This document shows, piece after piece, positions 54,421 to 64,000 of a DNA stretch of 64,000 bases. The notes below the pieces were generated by a model that was not told the origin of the DNA, did not search any database, and saw only the letters and a program-made list of their open reading frames with translations. The stretch lies in assembly GCA_951406725.2 (NCBI GenBank), contig OX597815.1, positions 96,162,001 through 96,226,000 on the forward strand, given 5' to 3'. This DNA comes from Octopus vulgaris. Its lineage: Eukaryota. Made by a program: the position numbers and the translations under genes. Each line of letters opens with the position of its first letter. Position 1 is the first letter of the stretch.

Positions 54421-56747
54421 TTACATTCTCTGTTTAATCAGTTAGATGTAATATGTGAACATTCTTTGAAAATGAATTACAATGTAATATAAACAATTCA
54501 CATTGTTCACACAGCTTATTTAAATTGGAATAAATATTTCGGGGAATTTATTTCTTTTAGTTTATTTTTTATAGGCTTCATCTATTGACTAAAACGTTGG
54601 GGCGTTTTGATTTATTTCTTTCAACTTAAACATTTTCTGAGAAATTAAATTATTCGCCATTTTTTGTTAGTATTAACACTTCGCGTTGAAACGTTCCACA
54701 CAAATCGCCTAGCTTTACTTTCAATTAAATAGAATACTATAATTATAGGAACATGCCGTTAAAGTATTCTCAACAAACATGGCCTTTGGCTGAACAAGAT
54801 TATTTAATTTGTAAGCAAAACGAAAAGCAAGGGAAGTACATGGGTGACAGAAAGCGATTAGATATACTATACAATGTTTACACTTAAATGTAAATTTCCT
54901 GAGGAAAATGTCCTGTTTATATGTATAATTCAATTGTTACTACATTTTAAAGAGCGAAATGTGTAGACTTTATTTACATCTCCTGAAACACATGAGTCGT
55001 GAAACAGCAAATAAACGTACAATTTTGTCATAAGTACACATACAATTTTGTCTGGAAACATGAACAAAACGAAAGCAGTTTTGCATATCTAAGTACAGAA
55101 TTTATAATCTCACAAGCTGGAAAATAATGGGACAGTTCAGACGTTAGTTCTATGAATCGTGCAAGTGCAATTGACAACTAACACAATTAAGTTTGAGAGC
55201 TGAACAGTAGTTTAACTTCATCTGGGGGGTTATATGACATTTGTTTAATGAATTGGTATGTCTCTCTACAGGTAAACACGCAATACGAGTTCATCTTCAC
55301 TGCAAAATTCCCACTTTTAACGATAGATTAGAAAGAAATATTTAATATCAATTTGAACCTGAATAAAACGTCAACAAAACGTGAATCAGCATAGAATACA
55401 TATAGTATTTTGACATAAAGGCATTCGAGCATATGGATAGTAGTTACTGTTTTTAAAGCCTGGTGCTTATCGTATTTCGTGCCGGATAACGTACGTCTAC
55501 TGTGTGTATATATTGACATACTTAATAGTAATATAACTGAAAATAAAGTCGAAACTATCAGTAACAATTATATCACAAAATGCATAAAAAATATCTAGGT
55601 TAAACTAAAGAACAATAGAAGAATTATATATTAGCTGTGTCTTTTTCTATGTGAAGCTGGAACTAGTTATTTTAAACTATCTATATTTTTAGTCTACTCA
55701 TGTGCATATCGGGAACGGCAATATCCGCGATAACTCAAGTGCGGTCGCAAAGTTCGAATTAGTGGGTCTCAGTATTCCATATTGATTTACAGGATACGAG
55801 AACGAACATGTCTTGGTTACAATAACGCATCAGATATCATAAATCGCATTATGCTGGAGTCAATATTTTATTTTCAATAAATAGTGTTTTAGAATTTTAT
55901 ATTATTAATGTTTTATTTCATTATGTTCGATGCATAGATGGAATACGATTGAGAATGTAAGATGACCTCTTATGTTGTTAGAGAATTTATTTTTGGTATT
56001 TTGAGGTATATTGTTTGGATATACTATACTACCGGCAACTGCTACTTCCTGATGATTCTGACTATAAGACTTACAGGTGGTTGTAATATATTTAGTATTT
56101 AAGTTTCTTTGTGCAGGTTGTCTCCGAGCAAGCCTGTGCAATTTGTGATAAAATGAAGTACAATACCTATTTTATATTTTTATTGTAAGAAAGAATGCGA
56201 AGAACTGTTATTGTACATGAATGCTCTTTTGTCTGCAGAAATACTTACGTTGATATTTATTTGTAATGCGTTCAGCTGATTTGTATTTTTGCATACGTGA
56301 CATCGTACAATATTTATCGTACTATGCAAGTGGTGTAAAAATTATACACGTTATGTTACATTTTTGTATTTAATGCTACGTAATGGGATATTGATAGTAG
56401 AAAGGAAGTTGCATTTCGTACATCACCCTGTTTTCTCTTTTTCTCACTTGTTCATTTCTCTATACATAGATACGTACATACATTCATCCATAAATACGTT
56501 TATATACATATATGTGTGTATATATTATAACTTTGATAAACCACCCTAATACATTGAACATAGCGATTGATTGTTCACTGAAATGAAGAAGAATGTAGTG
56601 TATACGAAACCTTGAATATATGCGCCACCTAGAACACCTGGAGAAATTGGGCACTTTGTATAATTATAAAAATAACGTGCCTTCTGTAACAACAAAAATA
56701 CAGGATTTAATATGAATACGCACACGCATCACACACATAATATATAT

Positions 56748-56824
<77 letters not shown>

Positions 56825-56838
56825 TATATATATATATA

Positions 56839-57556
56839 CTAGCATTAAATACCCGTCTTTGCCGGGTCTTAGTGCTTGTGCATGTATATATGTGTATATA
56901 TATGTGTACATATTACATGTACATCTATATATATATATATACATCTACACATAAAATGCAAAATACAAAGTTATATCTTGATATCGCTAGTGATAACAAT
57001 ACTCAAAATATATAACAGACTGGAATTGTTAGCTCTTCTTTTTTCCCTACATTGTATACTTTAGAGACAATAGTCTTTTCTTTAATTTAATTTTTTATTA
57101 TGCATCTGGACTATTCCATTTCTGCACGCTAATTTTATTTTTAATTTATTCTAATTCATGTGAAACCACTTATTCAAGTTCAAATCATTGATGCAATTTT
57201 ATACCAATTGCTGTTTTTACTTTTGTTATGTTACGATTATATTATACTTTAGTTTGATTTTAATTATAATTTCCTACATATAATTCAATTGTTATTATTA
57301 TTTTTATTGTTAAAGTGAAAGCCTCTGACATAAAATAGAGAAATATTTTTGTTTCACTTTTAACACGTAATACTAAAATAGTGGAGAAGATATGATATTG
57401 CTATGGGCTCGCTCAAATTTTTGCCCATGAAATTACATGGACTCTAAGTAAGGCATGTGTAAAATTTTAATGAAATTGGTTGTGTAGTTCTCAAGTTTTA
57501 GGGAAACACACATACAGACAGACACATACACATTCTCAGTTTTATATATATAAAGA
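56839..57556 (-). mobile_element. Non-autonomous Helitron inserted in (TA)n
   Basis: Minus strand 5' A|TCTTTATATATATAAAACTG. 3' hairpin acccg-gcaaaga-cgggt 8 nt before CTAG|T. No TSD. Confidence 0.8.
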
Positions 57557-58641
57557 TATATATATATATATATAGGGTACTGGTGATCCATCATATTTCC
57601 CAGTATTCCAGTATCAAGTTGTGGTAAGAGGCATAAGTCGCTATTTCTAATTTATCCATTTTAATAGTTGATTAATTGCACCTGATGTTATTAAAAATAT
57701 CAAATGTATCTTTATTTTTAATACGGCTGCGTGTAGTTTACCAAAGTAGTTTAAGACAGGCCCGTAGAATTGCTTTTCTAAAAGATATATATGATATGCT
57801 AATGCTTGAAATGTGGGAGTCAAAGACATTAATGTGAAATAATATTCCTCTCTGTAGAGATTGTGGCAAGGCGAATTCCAAATCCATGTTTATTTTTTAT
57901 ATTTAAAAGAGTAGGAATCCTTTGAATATATAAGTATTCTCAATAAATAGCTCTCTGTGACTCCATTCTGTCAACCATTGATAAATATTTCCCATTCTTC
58001 CTGCAAATATTTTCCTAAGTGACAATATTTAATGAAATTCCGAACTCTATTCAGCAGATATATTGAGATCTACGGGGAATCTCCGCACAATGTAAAGATT
58101 ACTGTTCAATATCTGTAGGGTTTATATATTCTGACGATTTCTATTTCATGTCGAATGCAGTATGTGTAGTATTACATTATTATTTGGATGATGAAACACG
58201 TTGAAGCACGCACTTTGTTCAGATTATGTTCGACCATAACAATGGAATTGACAATATACATTCCCCCATTGAATTTTTTATAAATCGTTTCAATCTTACT
58301 ACTATAAATGTTACTTCAAATTTAGAAAATTCTATATTGTAAATTGTTTTCCTGTAACTCAAAAATTTAGGTGCTTGTTTAATGTAAAAAAGCAATATTG
58401 GTAACACAGATGCATTCTAGAAAAACTAGGATTTTCTTTTATTTGAAAATTCAGGTTCAATATTAAAATTTATAAACACCAGATGTTCCTTGAAATAATT
58501 TATGTAATTGTTTAGTAATAGTTCTAATTACCGAATGAACAGTCAGATCGTGTAGGGGAATGCAACCTCAAAGAAATACATTTTAACCGAATCTTATCAC
58601 CAGAAAGGGTGAAAGAACTTAAGCAAATCATATTTTTAATC

Positions 58642-59020
58642 GTGGCACTGAGTTGTTTACAACGACGAGGGTTCCTGTTGATCCGATCAACGGAACAGCC
58701 TGTTCGTGAAATTAACGTGTAAGTGGTTGAGCACTCCTCGGACACGTATACCCTTAATGTAGTTCTCGGGGAGATTCAGCGTGACACAGAATGTGACAAA
58801 GGTGGCCCTTTGAATTACAGGTACAACATAAACAGGTAGAAAGGTAGAAAGTTGTGGTGAAAGAGTACAGTAGAGTTCGCCACCATCCCCTGCCGGAGTC
58901 TCGTGGAGGGAGCTTTAGGTGTTTTTGCTCAATAAACACTCACAACGTTCCATCTGGGAATGAAAACCGCGATCCTGGGACCGTGAGTCTGCTGTCCTAA
59001 CCCCTGGGCTATTGCCACTG
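58642..59020 (-). mobile_element. SINE family 3, near full length
   Basis: Reverse-complement match to 62664-63043. Confidence 0.85.
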
Positions 59021-59721
59021 CACATTTTTAAATATGTACATTGAAACGAAGTCATGCTGCACTCGGGATAAAACCCGATACCAAAAATATGAAACCGGAT
59101 GGTGAAATTGGAGCGGAACAACCCATGGATTACACATAGAAATATAAATATTTGTTGCATATAATACATAATAATCTTCTAAATATTCAAAATATTAAAA
59201 ATGTCCTCAAAAAGCCGTTGCTACATAAAATATCAGCTGAAGAATTCGAAAGTATGCTACTATATCGACAATTTATATTATTAAATTCGTAATTTCTTAA
59301 ATATATGTGTGTAGTATACATCGATCTCAAAAGTCTCTTCTATTCTCTATTTGAATGCTGAAATATATTTTGTCTCAGTAGGCACTGTAACTGCCATCTA
59401 ACTTACAATTTTAACTACATAAAACACAACAAATATCGACGCTTTTCTCAACGAAATATATATATTTCTTTGACATTTTAACATCTTTTCCTTGTGATAT
59501 GGATGTTTATTTTTTATATATAATATTTTCCTTAAATACACAAATCGTTACGAATTTCTCACGAAAAAATTAGAGTGTATATATTCGAAAAATACATCCG
59601 AAGTTACGAATATTTAAGGCTCTCAGATGATCGATAATATATCATATACTGACAACTGACAAATCATTCGACAATGCTTTGTTGAAGAAAATCTTCAAAA
59701 ATAACAACCGAATATAATACG

Positions 59722-59722
<1 letters not shown>

Positions 59723-59810
<88 letters not shown>

Positions 59811-60000
59811 ATATCTATCTATCTATCTGTCTATCTATCTATCGATCGATCGATCTATGTATGTATGTATGTATGTATGTAAGTATGTATCTATCTATTT
59901 ATCTATCTATCTGTCTGTATGTCTATATGTCTGTCTATCTGTATATCTCTCTTTCTGTCTGTCTGTCTGTCTTTCTGTCTATCTGCCTGTCTGTAAATCT
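59723..60000. repeat. (CTAT)n / (GTAT)n / (CTGT)n compound microsatellite
   Basis: Direct reading of the sequence. Confidence 0.95.
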
Positions 60001-60009
60001 ATTTGAGCT

Positions 60010-61806
60010 ATATCATGGATCGACTAGCGTACGATATGTTCTGATATTCTTGGACTATGGTGTGTATGAACCTCTTTGGAATTACATCAAATGCTGAGCG
60101 ACTGCTTAGACAAATTATAGAGAATTAGAGGACGGACTTGACAGCTTACGTAAGAAGTTTAGGGACAGTAAAAATTAAGAGCGGAATCTTCCAATGGGAC
60201 TGTCTGTCCCCACTGATTGTTGTCCTGTGCTGGATACCAGTGACACTGATTCTGAGGGAAGCAAAAGCTGGGTATGCATTCAAAGCAGCCAACGATTTGG
60301 TATTCATGGATGACCTCAAACTTTATAGTAAAGATGAAGACCAAGTCAGTTCCCTGGTTGATACGATGTATATCTTCAGTGCTGATATTAGAATGGAGTT
60401 CGAACTGAGAAAGTGTGGTGTGTTAACCTTGAATAGAGTCAAAATCAAATGTATGGACGAACTAATAATAGCGTCGGGGGAGGTTAAGAAGCAGATAGAA
60501 GAGACGTGCGATAAGTACTTAGGAATTTTGGAAATGGATAAATTGGTGGAGGAAGAAATGACAGAAAAATTAAAGAGGAGTACTTGCGCAGACTGAGATT
60601 GATTCTTAAATCGAAATTCAACGGACGCAATGAGATCGAAGCTATCAACACCCGGTCGGTTTCACTCCTTAGCCATGGGGCAGGAGCAATCGCTTGGACA
60701 GTAGACGAACTAAACAGCTTAGACAGAAAGACAAGTAAATTGCTAACTAAATATGGGTCACTCCACCCCAAAAGTGAGACGGACAGACTATGTGTACCAA
60801 AAAAAAAGAGAGAGAAGAGGAAATATTGGATGCGAAGACAGCATTAGTGCAAAAGAAACCAACATAGCATGGTATGTATAAAATACCAATGAACCGCTAA
60901 TATTAGAAGTAGGAAGTCTAGGCGTGTGTAGGATGAAAGATTGCAAAGATAAAGCACTATACAAGAAATTGAAAACGAATGAAAATGAACATAGTATGGT
61001 AAAAAAAGAATGCATGGTCAATTTCATAAGGATGTCGAAGATGAGACAGAATAAAAACAACGTGGCTGTGGATTACTAAAAATGATTTGAAACCGGAAAC
61101 GGAGTCCGTAATCTATGCTGCCCGAGAGAAAGCACTAACAACAAACTACATAAAATACAGAATAGGTATCACATCAGAAACAGTGCAGAATCTGTGGACA
61201 AAACGGTGAATCCGTATGGCATATTACCAGCCAATGTACGCCTCTAGCCCAGAAGGAATATAAGAGAGGCTACGACAATATAGCCAAGCTTGTCCACTGG
61301 ACACATTGCAAAAATTATGGACTTGACAGAGTAAAACGTTGGTACGACGACAAACCTAAATGCATCGTCGAAAATAGAAATGCAAAGATCCTATGGGATT
61401 TTATGATTCGATGCAGCCTTGAGATAGAGAATTGGAAGCCGTGCATAGTCTTAATTGAGAAAGAAAACAAACTATGCTGGATCATAGACATAGCATGCCC
61501 AGCTGACAACAAGGTATGCAATAAGGAAGAAAGAAAAGTTGCGATATACGACAGGTTAGCTTGGGAAGTTAAGCTGTTGTGATCGATAAAAAATTGTAGC
61601 CCTGCAAACAGTGAGCAAAAATCTCGAGAAGCACGTGGAACAAATAAGGGCTGCAATAAGGGTGGTACAGTTGCAGAAAACAGCACTGCTTGGAACCGCT
61701 CGAATATCCGGAAGGTGCTCGAAAAATCAGATGTGACACGTTAGTTCACTGGTAGTGAACAGCTGACACTGTAGAACATCTCCAGCGTTAGAAGCTGTTC
61801 AAAGGC
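60010..61806 (+). mobile_element. Decayed, 5'-truncated Dong/R4 family C copy with (AAC/AAT)n tail
   Basis: GIFQWDCLSPL, FMDDLKL, SLHPKSETDRL, IIDIACP. Similar to 42450-43087. Tail 61807-61875. Confidence 0.88.
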
Positions 61807-61833
61807 AACAATAACAACAACAACAACAACAAC

Positions 61834-61876
<43 letters not shown>

Positions 61877-61935
61877 TAACTGTAATAATATCAGCACCCC
61901 ACCCCCTTAATGTTGGGTTGAAAATTCTACCAGGA

Positions 61936-61977
61936 TACCTGATGAAGGCTGGAGAGTAAATCTGCCGAAACGTTGTG
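61936..61977 (+). ncRNA. Minimal hammerhead motif in the second copy of the 6170 repeat
   Basis: tac-CTGATGA-a-ggc..gcc-GAAACGTT-gtg. Palindromic AACGTT stem III, 3-bp stem I. Confidence 0.6.
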
Positions 61978-62663
61978 GTAACAATAAACAGGATGAGAAC
62001 ACATATCCGACCAATGTAAATAATGTAAATAAAGTACAGAATTCCTCTTCTCTAAAATATAGAACATGAATTATACAACATATGTACTTGCAAGAAGTGT
62101 GGATAATAATGAGTCGTATGGCCTGAATGCTCACATGGATGTTCCCCAAAACAATAATGTAATGTCCAACAAGATGCGTCCATTGTTGTCACTTCTGTAC
62201 AAAAGATGGAAACACCTTAGTAAACTAAAAAGCCTTATTTGTGCTCTTATTTAAAAAAAACAAACAAACAAATGATGGTATTACACCAAATCTGAATCGC
62301 CGCCATACATGCATGCATTCGCGCATATATATTACGTATTATATTTTCGTAAGTCCCCTTTTTGTTCTCAGAGGCGAACACCTAAAGACATACTCTGCTA
62401 TGCCACTATTTATATGTACCGATATAGAAAACGTTAGGTAAAATAGTCACTGTTGATGCGAATGTTATACATGCTAAAAATTAAACCATCATTTCCATTT
62501 GAAAAAGTGTAGTTAAAAATAGCGATGTGGATGACATTTATGCAAATGGACAAGACTTGCTGTCATTTTTTGCCAAAGAATTTTCTCGAAGCCTCTTGTG
62601 TAGTAAGAAGGTGAAACCTGCTCAGAATGTCTTCGGCATATAACTGTATACAATTATGTATAG

Positions 62664-63043
62664 TGGAGGTGCAACGGTCCAGTGGTTAGAGCAGAGGACT
62701 GACAGTCGTAGGATATCGGTTTCCTTTCCCAGACCGGGCGTTGTGAGTGTTTATTGAGCGAAAACACCTATAGGTCTACGAGGTTTAGGCAGGGGCTGGT
62801 AGCGTATCCCGCTGTACTCCTTTCACCACAGATTTCGCCCACACTTTCTTCCTGCTTATGCTGTACCTGTATTTCAAAGGGCCAGCCATTTCACACTCTG
62901 TGTCACGCTGAATCCCCTCGAGAACTACGTTAAGGGTATACGTGCCTGTGGAGTGCTCAACCACATGCATGTTAATTTAACGAGCACGCTATTCCGTTGA
63001 TTGGATCAACAGGACCTCTTGTCGTTGCAACCGATAGATTGCC
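62664..63043 (+). mobile_element. SINE family 3, full length, 12-bp TSD
   Basis: tRNA-like head (ggtccagtggttagagc..cggtttcctttcc). TSD acaattWtgtat at 62650-62661 and 63050-63061. Confidence 0.85.
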
Positions 63044-63831
63044 AAGTTGACAATTTTGTATGTATATGTTGGGTCATATGCGAATAGATTTGCATACGTG
63101 TGTATGTATGTGTGAGTGTGTTTAATATTATACACCCACCCCCTCTCTCTCTCTCACACACACAAACACACAAACACACACATGTATGTATATCTATTTA
63201 TACATGTGTACATTTATGCGTATATACAAATATATATATGCGTAAGCGTGCGTATGTAAGTAGGTACATAAATCTATATATATTTTAGTTAATTGTGTGT
63301 CGGCTTGTTGGAATAATATATTGACACCGAAAATTTTTCATCATATACCACGCAAAAAATCCAACTGTGAAATCGTTGAATTATTCTGATGTAAAACTTC
63401 AAATATAAATCTACCTACATCTGTATGCATACACTTACTCTTCTGTAACATAGTGCATTATAACACGCCATAACTTCCTTTCAAATTGAGTAGGTATCAA
63501 ACGTTCCGTTGTGAGAAGAAAAAGTTCCCATTTGAAATAAATTTAGATTGCATTTAAGGATAGGTGATATATTGTAATTCACAGTTTTCAAGTCGAACGC
63601 AGTAACAACGTAATAATAATTCCTTAAAGTTTCCCAATAGTAGAAAACAATTTAATATTTTAAACATTTTAAATATTATTACCAATTCAATTCATTGATT
63701 TGACACTTCTGAAAAATGAAATTTTGAGATTCTTTTCTTTTGCGGTGGATGAAATTTAGAGTTTAGCCCCTCTCAGCGGTGTGCGAGCTAGGATGTGTGA
63801 TCAAAGACGTTCTAACAGAAACCAACCCTTC

Positions 63832-63890
<59 letters not shown>

Positions 63891-63893
<3 letters not shown>

Positions 63894-64000
63894 ACTCTTT
63901 CACCCCAAATTTCTTCACCCTTTCTTCATGTTTCTTGAGTAACGCTGCGATTGGCTGGCGTCCCGTCCAGCTGCCGGGGAACACAAACGCCACAGAAACC
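63891..64000 (+). mobile_element. SINE fragment running off the window end
   Basis: ctgcgattggctggcgtcccgtccag resembles the conserved V-SINE-type central motif (from memory). Confidence 0.4.

Overview
AT-rich, microsatellite-dense eukaryotic DNA. The SINE repertoire and repeat landscape suggest an octopus/cephalopod genome (inference). I could not recognise any host gene exon. The window is mostly transposon-derived. It holds five Dong/R4-type non-LTR retrotransposon copies (RT plus restriction-like endonuclease) from three families, each next to a (TAA)n tract; one copy has an uninterrupted frame of >1,100 codons (2461-5862). Also present: three tRNA-derived SINE families, non-autonomous Helitrons, and remnants of mariner, piggyBac, Chapaev3-like, BEL/Pao-like, Hero-like and CR1-like elements. 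The signal the ORF track misses is a set of non-coding elements carrying minimal type I hammerhead ribozyme (HHR) motifs, often in fold-back arrangements beside (TA)n. These include a ~550-bp monomer found twice with different circular-permutation points and compensatory stem changes (24558-25482, 44543-45431), which looks like a retrozyme / non-autonomous Penelope-type system. They also include a tRNA-headed, (TAA)n-linked HHR element whose linker appears to be the landing site of the Dong elements. All calls are by eye; no database search or folding program was run.
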